Positions 50,147 through 59,512 of a DNA stretch of 64,000 nucleotides are shown piece by piece. Source of the DNA: Candidatus Eiseniibacteriota bacterium (GTDB taxonomy: Bacteria > Eisenbacteria > RBG-16-71-46 > CAZEPH01); contig JBGATO010000004.1 of NCBI GenBank assembly GCA_044229145.1, positions 32,001 through 96,000 of the forward strand. Direction: 5' to 3'. A program made the position numbers and the translations under genes. The notes beneath the pieces were generated by a model. The model worked only from the letters and a program-made list of their open reading frames with translations, was not told the origin of the DNA and ran no database searches. Every line of letters begins with the position of its first letter. Within the stretch, counting starts at the first letter, position 1.

Positions 50147-52534
50147 ATGACCGTTGCGCACGAAGCGCCCCGTCCGCGCGACTTGCGTGAGGCGGTGCGG
50201 CAGGCGCTGCATCTCGAGGAATTGGAGCGCTGGCACGACCTCGCGCAATTGGCGGGGGCGGTGCTCGCGGAGGCTCCCCCGGGCCACGAGCGCGATCGCG
50301 TCACCCTGTGCATCGCGGCGGCGCGCGCGCGGGCCAAGTGCGGCTACGTCGACGACGCGGCCGAGAGTCTGCGCGCGGTGCGTCCCGCGCTTGGCGCGCT
50401 GCGCGACGACGATCTCGCCGCCGAATGGCACAGCGCGATGTCGGCCGTGCTCTACCGCCAGGGTGACATGCACGGCGCGGCGAGCGAGGCCGACGACTGC
50501 CTGCGGCTCGCGCACGGCGGCCGCCGTTCGGCGTACTTGCGCGGCGTCGCGTGCCAAACGCTTGCGCTGGTGGCGCGGCATGGCGGGGACTGGGCGGCGG
50601 CGCGCCGTCTCCTCCACAAGGCGGTCGACACCTTCGGCCAGTGCGGCGCGGAGACCCGCGAGGCCCGCGCGCAGATGAACCTCTGCTCGGTGCTGGTGTG
50701 GGCGGGCGAGTGGGACGAATTCGAAATCGTGGTTCGCGATGTGTTGGCGGCGGCGCGGCGGCTCGACGCGCCGCGGCTCGCCAAGCAAGCGTGGGTGCAA
50801 ATGGCGATGGTGGCGCGCGGCCGCGGACAGAGCGAACGCGCGCGCGAGTGCCTCGACCGCGCGCGGCAGGTGCGGGCTGAAGGTCTCGACCCGCGTGAGG
50901 CGGCGTTGGCGCGAGAGGTCGAGGGCGATCTCTGCGCGGACGCCGGCGCGTTCGCCGAGGCCTTCGCCGCGTACGACGACGTGGTGACACAGGGACGGGC
51001 GCTCGGGCTCGGACGCGACATCGTGTTCGAGGGACTGCGCAAGCGCGCCGAGGCGGCGTGGGCGCTCGGGGACATCGACCGCGCGGCCAGCGATGCCGAG
51101 GTGGCGCTCGCCGAAGCGCGCGCGCACGCGTCGGCGCTGGAGATCGGGGCGTCGCTGCGTGTCCTCGCGCTGGTGGCGGCGTCGCGGGGGGACGAACCGG
51201 GAGCGCGCGTGTTGGCACGCGAAGCCGTAGAGACCCTCGCCCGGGTGCGCGAGCGCTTCGAACGCGCGCGTGCCTTGATCGCACTTGCCGAACATCTCGC
51301 GGATCCGGCGGCAGCGCGTGCCGAGGCGGCGACTCTCGCCCGCACGCTCGCGGCGCGTGGCCTGCTCGCCGCGCTCCGGACCGGCGATCTCCCCACACCG
51401 CGCGGGACAGTGGTGGCTGAGCCTCGGCTGGCGGCGTCGCATGCGGCGACCGTCACTCTCGCCCCGCCGTCCATCTCGTCCCCCGAGATGCCGCGCGACG
51501 GGGAATCGCCGGACCGCGGGGCTCTTGCCTTGCCGGCGCCGCCGCTGCCGTTGCCCGCATGCCACGTGCGCGATGCCTGCGTGCGGCACGACATGGCGCG
51601 CGTGTTGGCGCACGGCGGCGACGCCCTGCTCGAAGGCGAGCCGGGGACAGAGTTGGTGGCGATCGCCGCCGAACTGCATCGACGCAGCGCGCGCCGCGGG
51701 GCGTGCGTGATCGTCGACCTGCGCGCGACCGCGCCGGACCGGCACGCGGCCGTGTTGTTCGGCGCGGACGGTGAGGCCGGCGCGTGCGAGTGCGCGGCGG
51801 GCGGGACGCTCGTGCTGCGGGATCTCGTGGCGCTCGCGCCCGCGACGCAGGCGGCGCTGGCGCACGCGCTGCGCACGCGCCGGGTGCGGCCGCACGGCGG
51901 TGCGGGGGAGTGCGCGATCGACGTCACGGTGTACGCGACGGCGCCGCTGCGACTGCCGGTGGCGCTCGCGGAGTCGGTGCTTGCCCGGGAACTGGCGGCG
52001 GTCTTCCAGTACAACCGGTTGCACGTGCCGGCGCTGCGGCATCGTCCCGACGACCTCGCGGAGACTCTCGACCGCCTGTGGCAGGGGGCGTGCGCGCGCC
52101 ATGGCGTGCGGGCGTCCTTCACCGCCGCGGCACGCACGGCGCTCCTGCACGCACCGTGGGAGGGCAACGCCGACGAGATGGCGCGCGCGCTCGACGACCT
52201 CGCGCGCACCGTGGCGCCCGACGCGGCGGTGCGGGTGGCCGACCTCGACAGCCGCCTCGCGGCGTGCGCGCTGCGTCCGCCGGTCGGCGGTCTCGCCCAG
52301 CAGGAGCACGAATTCCTGGTCGAACGCGTGCTCTCGTACCTGCGGGCGGCGCGCTTCAACTACGCCCAGGCGGCGCGGCTCGCCGGTTACACGCGGAGCG
52401 GCTTCCTCAAGCTCGTCGTGCGCCTCGGCCTCAAGGACGAAGGCGCCGAGGGCGTGCCGGCGACCGAGCCCGACACCGCGCGTACCACCCTGCGCGCCGT
52501 GTCGCCGCCGGTGCAAGGACTCGCGGCGATGTAA
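50147..52534 (+). CDS. TPR-like helical repeats + degenerate sigma54-activator AAA+ domain + Fis-type HTH
   Basis: Ala/Leu helical repeats; remnants LLEGEPGT, VLFG, GGTLVL, VPALRHRPDDL, WEGN; HTH NYAQAARLAGYTRSGF. Confidence 0.75.
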   Translation: MTVAHEAPRPRDLREAVRQALHLEELERWHDLAQLAGAVLAEAPPGHERDRVTLCIAAARARAKCGYVDDAAESLRAVRPALGALRDDDLAAEWHSAMSAVLYRQGDMHGAASEADDCLRLAHGGRRSAYLRGVACQTLALVARHGGDWAAARRLLHKAVDTFGQCGAETREARAQMNLCSVLVWAGEWDEFEIVVRDVLAAARRLDAPRLAKQAWVQMAMVARGRGQSERARECLDRARQVRAEGLDPREAALAREVEGDLCADAGAFAEAFAAYDDVVTQGRALGLGRDIVFEGLRKRAEAAWALGDIDRAASDAEVALAEARAHASALEIGASLRVLALVAASRGDEPGARVLAREAVETLARVRERFERARALIALAEHLADPAAARAEAATLARTLAARGLLAALRTGDLPTPRGTVVAEPRLAASHAATVTLAPPSISSPEMPRDGESPDRGALALPAPPLPLPACHVRDACVRHDMARVLAHGGDALLEGEPGTELVAIAAELHRRSARRGACVIVDLRATAPDRHAAVLFGADGEAGACECAAGGTLVLRDLVALAPATQAALAHALRTRRVRPHGGAGECAIDVTVYATAPLRLPVALAESVLARELAAVFQYNRLHVPALRHRPDDLAETLDRLWQGACARHGVRASFTAAARTALLHAPWEGNADEMARALDDLARTVAPDAAVRVADLDSRLAACALRPPVGGLAQQEHEFLVERVLSYLRAARFNYAQAARLAGYTRSGFLKLVVRLGLKDEGAEGVPATEPDTARTTLRAVSPPVQGLAAM

Positions 52535-53022
52535 GCCGGTCCCGATCCGTCCACCCACGGACTGGCCCCAGACGGCCGTCACGACGTCCAGCGTGGCGGC
52601 CGTTCTGCGTGCGGTCAGCCGTCACGGCGCCGTGTCGTGAATTAACTGTCTCGCCATCGCCCCGGCATCACGACGCTGCGCGCCGTCGCCTACTGTCTCG
52701 CCGGGGTCAGCGGAAAACGTGCGGCGCGAAATCGCCGGCACCTCTGTCCGCCACGTCACACGCGATCGTGAAAGCACACCATCGTGCAAGTGGCGATCAT
52801 CGCATCGTGCGTTCCTCCGCATACCCCACGGCATCGTCCGCCGACTTTCCTGCCCTCGTCCGTCCGCTCGCGCTTCAGGACGACGACCTCGGTGGGCGGA
52901 CACCCAGCTTCCCCCTAGCCCCACATGGGCCGCCGGCGCGTTCTCCGCGACGCGGCACCGCCGCATGGCCCGGGCTGACCTTGCATCCGAGTGCTTCGCC
53001 ACGCTCTCCACCGGAGGACTTC

Positions 53023-54795
53023 ATGAATCTGCGACGTACGATCGCACGGGCGACGTGGGCCGCGCGGCTGGTTGCCGCGTGCACGCTCGCCGCGCCGCTG
53101 CCCGCGTTCGCTCAACTCGTATTCGACGGCAACCTGATGTACAGCAACAATGGCAATAACGCCGACTCGCTCTCGAACCAGTTCAAGGGTTCGGCCGCAT
53201 CGACACTGTGCAGCGGTGTGACGCCGAAGACGCTCGGCACCGTGACGTACACGCACAACCGCTACGCCGACCCGTTGTTGCCGGACGCGCCCTACAAGGC
53301 GAACGTGCGTCCGAACTTCCAGCCGGCCGCTGGCAGCCCGGCGTTCCGCGCCGGCGGCGCCATCGTCATGCAGGTGCCGAACGACGGCTGGTTCACGCAG
53401 ACGTGCTACAGCGGCGCCGTCGGGCCCGACCCGGGCGATGACTGGACGCAGGGCTGGACGTCCTTCGACTCGACGGGTGCGACCCGACAGGACCTCCACC
53501 TCACCGGCATGCCGAACCCGCGTCCGCTGGCGATCTACGACAATGTCAGCCTCTACACCGCGCAGTTCTGGTCGCCGGACAGCAACTATCTGGTGCGCGG
53601 GCAGCTGCGCATCAAGTCGCTTGCCGATCTGACGATTCCGGCCGGCGTCGTGGTGTTCGAGGAGCGCGCCTCGCTGGGGACGATTCTCGTCGAGCGCGGC
53701 GGTCACATCACCGCGGTCGGCACCGCGTCCGCCCCGATCATCATCATCACCGACGACACGCCGGGCACCATGACACGCGGTGGCTGTGGCGGTCTGGTCA
53801 TCAACGGCTACGCGCGCACCAACGCCGCCAACACGTGCGCCGGCGACTCGGTGGCCAGCGAAGGCGGAGCGATCGGGTACTGGGGTGGCAACGACGACAC
53901 CTGGAACGCCTGCACGCTGCGCTACGTCCAGGTCGGCTTCTCGGGCAAGGAGATCACGCCGAACAACGAGCTCAATTCGTTCACGTTCAATGGCTGCGGT
54001 TCGGGATCGACCGGGGACTATCTGCAAGCTCTGAATGGCGCCGACGACTCGTTCGAGTGGTTCGGCGGCACGATGTCACAGAAGTACCTGATCGGCATCG
54101 ACGGCACAGACGACGGGTACGACTGGCAGATGGGGACGCGGAATCGTGCGCAGTTCGTCATCTTGCGGCAGTCGCCGCTGTTCGCGCCGTCGGGCACGCA
54201 GAATGGCGACAAGGGGATCGAGTCGGACAACAACGAGAGCGACTTCAATACCGCCCTCTGTTCCGGCTACTCGAACACCACGCTCGCGAACTTCACCATC
54301 ATCGGGGACCACCGCGTCGGCGCCAGCTTCCCCGGCCCCACCGTCGCCTGGAATGCGCGCCGCGGCACCGCAGGCACGCTTCTCAACTCGATCGTCTACA
54401 ACATGAAGACCGGCTCGTGGAAGATCGACGACAACGCAACGATGGACCACCACTGCGCGGCCCCGCCCGCACTGCCCGCGGTCTACTGCTCGCCGAGCAT
54501 CACCGGGATCAGCGATCCGATCGCCGCGGGCAACCTACTCGTCGTCAACGGCGCGCCGAATCCGTTCCGCAACACGCTGAAGGTGTCCTTCACGGTGCCG
54601 CGCGCGGGCCACGTCACGGTGTCGGTGTACGCGCCTGACGGCCGCCAGGTCGGCGTGATCGCCGACGAGGAGATGTCGGCGGGGGCGCACAGCGTAACGT
54701 GGAGCGCCGGCGCGGAACTGCCGAGCGGCGTGTACTACTACACGGTGCGCGCGGGCCTTGCCCAGACGACCAAGAAAGTGACGCGCATCTACTAG
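53023..54795 (+). CDS. Secreted beta-helix-like protein with T9SS/FlgD-like C-terminal domain
   Basis: GGAGGA RBS; signal peptide; LTIPAGVV, GTASAPII, NNELNSFTFNGCGSG, DDSFEWFGGT, GIESDNN; PNPFRN...VYAPDGRQV...SGVYYY. Confidence 0.82.
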   Translation: MNLRRTIARATWAARLVAACTLAAPLPAFAQLVFDGNLMYSNNGNNADSLSNQFKGSAASTLCSGVTPKTLGTVTYTHNRYADPLLPDAPYKANVRPNFQPAAGSPAFRAGGAIVMQVPNDGWFTQTCYSGAVGPDPGDDWTQGWTSFDSTGATRQDLHLTGMPNPRPLAIYDNVSLYTAQFWSPDSNYLVRGQLRIKSLADLTIPAGVVVFEERASLGTILVERGGHITAVGTASAPIIIITDDTPGTMTRGGCGGLVINGYARTNAANTCAGDSVASEGGAIGYWGGNDDTWNACTLRYVQVGFSGKEITPNNELNSFTFNGCGSGSTGDYLQALNGADDSFEWFGGTMSQKYLIGIDGTDDGYDWQMGTRNRAQFVILRQSPLFAPSGTQNGDKGIESDNNESDFNTALCSGYSNTTLANFTIIGDHRVGASFPGPTVAWNARRGTAGTLLNSIVYNMKTGSWKIDDNATMDHHCAAPPALPAVYCSPSITGISDPIAAGNLLVVNGAPNPFRNTLKVSFTVPRAGHVTVSVYAPDGRQVGVIADEEMSAGAHSVTWSAGAELPSGVYYYTVRAGLAQTTKKVTRIY

Positions 54796-54873
54796 CTGCG
54801 CGCGGTTCGCAATCACGCAACGGCTCGGTGGCGTCGCGCCGCCGGGCCGTTCGCGCGTTCAGGCTGAGGCGAA

Positions 54874-54911
54874 GTAACCGACCCGTCACGGACGCGTGAA
54901 GTCATGGCCAC
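54874..54911 (+). promoter_or_regulatory. Putative Pho box array
   Basis: GTAAC (54874), GTCAC (54885), GTGAA (54896), GCCAC (54907) at exact 11-nt period. Confidence 0.55.
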
Positions 54912-54979
54912 GCTGCACCGCCTAGCATCCCGGCCGACGACACCCGAGTGACCGCCACCTGCACTTCGTTGAGCCGAGG

Positions 54980-57886
54980 ATGGGAGAACGAGACGAGATG
55001 TTCGAGGACGTGTCGAACCCGTGCCGCCGCGACCCGCGCGTGACGCCCGCCGCGCTGGCATGGATCACGGTGATGGTGCTCCTGACGTGCGGTGCCGCGC
55101 GTGTGGTCGCCACTCCCGCACCGGCAGCACGGCCCACCGGGCCCCCCGGAAAGATCGCCGGCCGCGTCGTCGGCAGCGACACCGGCGAAGGCGTGAGCTT
55201 CTGCGAAGTCATCCTGCTGCCGGCCGACAGCACCGCGCGCAAGATCGGCACGCACAGCAACTCCGACGGCACGTACGTCCTCGAGGCGCCGGCCGGCCGC
55301 TACGCGCTGCAGTTCCGCGCGCTGTCGTACGACGTGAAACGAATCGAAGGCGTCGCGATCGCCGCGGGCCAGACGCTCGGCTTCAACGCGGCGCTGAAGT
55401 TCCACGCCATCCAACAGGTCGAAGTCGTGGTCGAGTCGCGCACCAAAAAATCCAGCGACGTCTCGATGCTCACCGTCCGCAAGAGGGCCATCGCGGTGGG
55501 CGACGCAGTGAGCGCCGAGCAGGTCAAGAAATCGCCCGACAAGGACGCCGGCGAAGTGCTGCGCCGTGTCACCGGCCTCTCGGTGTCGAGCGGCAAGTAC
55601 GTCTATGTGCGCGGCCTCGGCGAGCGCTACAGCTCGACTCAGATCGACGGCGTGCGCATCGCGAGCCCGGAGCAAAACAAGCGCGTGGTGCCGATGGATC
55701 TCATTCCCGCCACGCTGCTCGAAAACATCGTCGTGCAGAAAACCTACACGGCGGATTTGCCCGGCGAGTTCGGCGGCGGCGACATCCAGGTATCGACGCG
55801 CAACTTCCCCGGGCGCCGGATGTGGAGCGTGGCTGCAGGTCAGAGCCTTGAGAGTGGCGTCACCTTCCACTCGCGCAGCATGTACGGTGACGACGCCGGC
55901 GATGCCTGGGGATACGGCGCGAGCCGCCGCCGAATTCCGGCTGCTGTCTCCGACATCGCGGGTTCGCGGCCGCTGCTGCGCAGCAGCAATCCGACGCGCG
56001 GCTTCACGCTCGCGCAGCTCGCGACCGTCGCACGGTCGTTCGACAACGTGTGGACGCCGCGGCGTGGCGCATCGGCGGCGCCGAACCAAAGCGTCAACGC
56101 CACCTACGGCGACGAGTTCCGCGTGCTCGGGCGGTCCATCGGAGTGATCGAAGCGTTGTCGTTCACGCGCGGTTTCGATGCGCAGGACGAGTCGCAGCGA
56201 TTCTTCGCCGACGGCGGCGACACGCTCTACGACTACGCGGTCCACCGCCAGAAGGAGTCTGTGCAATTGGGGGCGATCTCGGGCCTCAGCGCGCGGCTTG
56301 CAACGGGCCACACTGTTCACGCACGCGGCTTCTACAACAACTCGGGAGAAGACGAAGTCCGCACATATGAGGGTGTGGACCACAATCGCATCGAATCGGT
56401 GACGGGGAACTGGCTGACTCACCGCGCCACGCGGCTGCGCTACGTCGAGCGGTCGGTCTTTTCGGGTTCGCTGGAAGGCACGCACGCGTTTCCGTCCGCG
56501 CACCTCGATGTCACGTGGCGTCTCAACTCCTCGCATGCACGCCAGCAGCAACCGGATCGCCGCGAGACCATCTACGACCAGCATTTTTACGACGACGGCA
56601 GCGGCCGACTGGTGGACTACTGGGTGCTCGGTTCGAACGGCCTGCGCGAGTACGGCGACTTGTCCGAAGATGGGCGCGGCCGGGCGCTGAAGATTGCGAT
56701 GCCTTATCGCCTCGCCGGACTCGGCAACGGCAAGCTCCAGGCTGGGTACGACCGGCAGGCGAAAGACCGCGACAGTTTCTATCGCAGGTTCAATTTCCAC
56801 CAGGGCAGCGGTGCCGATATTACGGCAGCGCCCGAGAGCATCTTCGCGCCGTCGGGGCTAGACGGCAGTGCCGGGTCGGGGTGGGTCGAGGAAGCCACGC
56901 TGGCCATCGACAACTACCGCGCCTGCAGCGTGGTGGAAGCGGCCTTCGTGTCGGCCGACATTCCGCTCGGCGCCCGTGTCCGCGGCAACCTCGGCGTACG
57001 CCGTGAATTCGGCCTGCAGGACGTTCGCACCTTTGACCTCTTCGACCCCGCGAAGATCGTGGCCGAAGGCCGGTTGCGCAACACCGACTGGTTGCCGGCC
57101 GGAAACCTCGCCGTCGAAATTGCGCCCTCGACGAACTTACGTCTCGCTGCCAGCCGCACCGTCTCGCGCCCCGACCTCAACGAACTCTCGCCGAGTCCCT
57201 CGCTGGAGTACGTCGGCGGCTTCCAGGTGGCCGGCAATCCGCAGTTGCGGCGCGCCACCATCGCCAACTACGACATCCGCCTCGAGACCTTTCCGAGCTT
57301 GTCCGAAGTGTTCGCGGTCGGCGGCTTTTACAAGGCGATGGACGCGCCGATCGAGCAGGTCATCCAAGCGGGTGCGCCTCCGGTTCTGGTGCCGCGCAAC
57401 TCGGACCGCGGTCACAACGTCGGACTCGAACTCGAAGCGCGCGCGGCACTGCTGCGGCTCGCGCCCTGGCTGCACAACTTCTTCTTGAACAGCAACGCAT
57501 CGATCATCCACTCCGACGTCAGGCTGGAGCCGCAAATCTCGAAGCTCGGATCGGAACACCACCCGCTGCAGGGCCAGGCGAAGGTTCTGGCGAACGCGTC
57601 CCTGAGCTACGCGGCAGCGAACGGCAGGCGCGACGTCACCGTGCTACTTGGCGTCGTGGGAACGCGACTGCGGGCGCTGGGTCTGCACCCGCTCCCCGAC
57701 GTCTACGCGCAGCCCACCACGAGTCTCGACGTGACGGTGAATGCCGCAGCGTTCACGAGCGGGCGCCTCAAGCTGTCGGCGAAAAACCTGCTCGATCCGC
57801 GCGTGCGCGAGCTGCAGGGCGATCGCGAAGTGTCTGGCTACCGGGACGGGCGACGCTACGCCGTGTCCTTCTCCTACGGATCGTAG
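54980..57886 (+). CDS. TonB-dependent receptor with N-terminal carboxypeptidase-regulatory-like domain
   Basis: LRRVTGLSV...YVRGLGERY, VPMDLIP, KTYTADLPGEFGGG plug; NLLDP near the C-terminus; start uncertain. Confidence 0.9.
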   Translation: MGERDEMFEDVSNPCRRDPRVTPAALAWITVMVLLTCGAARVVATPAPAARPTGPPGKIAGRVVGSDTGEGVSFCEVILLPADSTARKIGTHSNSDGTYVLEAPAGRYALQFRALSYDVKRIEGVAIAAGQTLGFNAALKFHAIQQVEVVVESRTKKSSDVSMLTVRKRAIAVGDAVSAEQVKKSPDKDAGEVLRRVTGLSVSSGKYVYVRGLGERYSSTQIDGVRIASPEQNKRVVPMDLIPATLLENIVVQKTYTADLPGEFGGGDIQVSTRNFPGRRMWSVAAGQSLESGVTFHSRSMYGDDAGDAWGYGASRRRIPAAVSDIAGSRPLLRSSNPTRGFTLAQLATVARSFDNVWTPRRGASAAPNQSVNATYGDEFRVLGRSIGVIEALSFTRGFDAQDESQRFFADGGDTLYDYAVHRQKESVQLGAISGLSARLATGHTVHARGFYNNSGEDEVRTYEGVDHNRIESVTGNWLTHRATRLRYVERSVFSGSLEGTHAFPSAHLDVTWRLNSSHARQQQPDRRETIYDQHFYDDGSGRLVDYWVLGSNGLREYGDLSEDGRGRALKIAMPYRLAGLGNGKLQAGYDRQAKDRDSFYRRFNFHQGSGADITAAPESIFAPSGLDGSAGSGWVEEATLAIDNYRACSVVEAAFVSADIPLGARVRGNLGVRREFGLQDVRTFDLFDPAKIVAEGRLRNTDWLPAGNLAVEIAPSTNLRLAASRTVSRPDLNELSPSPSLEYVGGFQVAGNPQLRRATIANYDIRLETFPSLSEVFAVGGFYKAMDAPIEQVIQAGAPPVLVPRNSDRGHNVGLELEARAALLRLAPWLHNFFLNSNASIIHSDVRLEPQISKLGSEHHPLQGQAKVLANASLSYAAANGRRDVTVLLGVVGTRLRALGLHPLPDVYAQPTTSLDVTVNAAAFTSGRLKLSAKNLLDPRVRELQGDREVSGYRDGRRYAVSFSYGS

Positions 57887-57897
57887 AGGAGATCATC

Positions 57898-58527
57898 ATG
57901 GACCGTCCGATCACAGCTGTGCTCTGCGCCGCTCTCCTGCTCGTCCCCGTGGCCTCGCGGAGTGCGGCGCGGGCCGACTCGACCGCCGCTCCGCGCCGCG
58001 TCTACTCGGTACGCGACCTGCCGGGGTACACGCCGCTCGTGGATCCCGAGTCGACCTCAGTCGTCCTGGGGCGCCGGATGCACGTCCCACCGACCGATGT
58101 CGAGTTCGCCGGCGGCGCGGCCTCACTGCAAGACCTGGCGCGTGCCATCTGCCGTAGTATTTCGTCCGGCTCCGTCGACTCCCTGCTCGCGCTGTGCGTC
58201 ACCGACGCGGAATTTCGTGAGGTGCTGTGGCGGGAATTCCCCCAAAGCCGTCCGGCGACCGGCGTCACATGGACGGATGCCTGGACGATTCTCTTCCCTC
58301 GCCTGCGGGCCGGCTGCTCCCATGCGGTCCGCGACCACGTGGGCGGTCCGTACACGTTCATTCGCTTCGTGCCGCCGGACTCCACACTCGAATACGCGCA
58401 CTTTACGATGCGGAGCCGCCTGGTGGCGGAAGTCGAGGATGCCGCCGGCCACCGCGAGCGGTGGCGCTGGTGGCGCGCCGCCGTTGGCCGGCACGGACGG
58501 TGGAAGATCTACAGCACCGAAGATTGA
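57898..58527 (+). CDS. Hypothetical secreted protein
   Basis: GAGGAG RBS, signal peptide, 11 nt after the TBDR stop. Confidence 0.7.
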   Translation: MDRPITAVLCAALLLVPVASRSAARADSTAAPRRVYSVRDLPGYTPLVDPESTSVVLGRRMHVPPTDVEFAGGAASLQDLARAICRSISSGSVDSLLALCVTDAEFREVLWREFPQSRPATGVTWTDAWTILFPRLRAGCSHAVRDHVGGPYTFIRFVPPDSTLEYAHFTMRSRLVAEVEDAAGHRERWRWWRAAVGRHGRWKIYSTED

Positions 58528-58686
58528 CCCGGCCCAGTGGCCCGAACGGTTCTCCGGCCCGTAACAGCCGGTTGATGCCACCGTCACCCGTAGCTGCTAG
58601 GATGCGCGAGAGCAAACATGCTGCCGATGCCCCAGACGCGCCACGCCAGTGCACTGAGGACTCCCCGTTTTCTAGTCGAGGATCGT

Positions 58687-59367
58687 GTGGCCGAGTTCAT
58701 CCTCCTGGTCGAGGACGAAGAAGAAATCCGGGATCTGGTGAAGTTCAATCTGGAGCGCGAAGGATATCGGGTCTCCACCGCGCCGGATGGCGAGGAAGGG
58801 CTGCGTCAGGCGTTCGAGACGCGGCCGGATCTCATCGTGCTGGACATCATGCTGCCGACGCGCAACGGATTGGAGATTCTGCGCGAGCTGCGGAACGAGC
58901 CGCACACCCAAGACGTGCCGGTGCTGCTGCTCACCGCGCGCTCGACCGAACTCGACAAGCTGCTCGGGTTCGAGTACGGCGCCGACGACTACATCTCGAA
59001 GCCGTTCAGCGTGCGCGAGCTCCTCGCGCGTGTGCGTGCCGTTCTGCGGCGCAGCGGAGACAACGACGTGGCGACGACGCTCGAGCACGGTCTGCTCCAG
59101 ATCGATCTTGCTGCGCACGAGGTCTGCGTCGACGGCAAGAAGGTCGTGTTCACGCGTCGCGAGTTCGACCTGCTGACGTTTCTCGTGCGGCACGCGGGGC
59201 GCGTGCTACCACGAGAGGAACTGCTCCGCAAGGTGTGGGGGTATGACTTCGTCGGCGAATCGCGCACTGTGGACGTCCACATCCGCCGGGTGCGGGTGAA
59301 GTTGGGAAAGGCGGGAACGCTGATCGAGACGGTACCAGGGGTCGGCTACCGCGCCTCGCGTCTCTAG
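58687..59367 (+). CDS. phoB: PhoB/OmpR-family response regulator (copy 2)
   Basis: LVEDE, LDIMLP, GADDYISKPFS, RTVDVHIRR; immediately upstream of the porin-pst operon. Confidence 0.85.
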   Translation: MAEFILLVEDEEEIRDLVKFNLEREGYRVSTAPDGEEGLRQAFETRPDLIVLDIMLPTRNGLEILRELRNEPHTQDVPVLLLTARSTELDKLLGFEYGADDYISKPFSVRELLARVRAVLRRSGDNDVATTLEHGLLQIDLAAHEVCVDGKKVVFTRREFDLLTFLVRHAGRVLPREELLRKVWGYDFVGESRTVDVHIRRVRVKLGKAGTLIETVPGVGYRASRL

Positions 59368-59512
59368 CGGCCGAGCTGTTACGGGAATTTACATTTCGGC
59401 AATCAGATCGAGACGGCTCGGCAATCCGGCGCACCTATCTTTTCTCGCGATGAAGCGACACGTAACCCGCCCGCGCCGAGAGCGCGGGGCTCCCGTCAGC
59501 GGAGGACATCGC

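Noticed and set aside
51784..53022. N-terminal extension of the 1003-aa ORF (likewise for ORFs at 4949, 30239-31966, 37665, 60604, 62185)
   Set aside because: These extensions overlap other genes; downstream starts with an RBS or stop-start coupling fit better.
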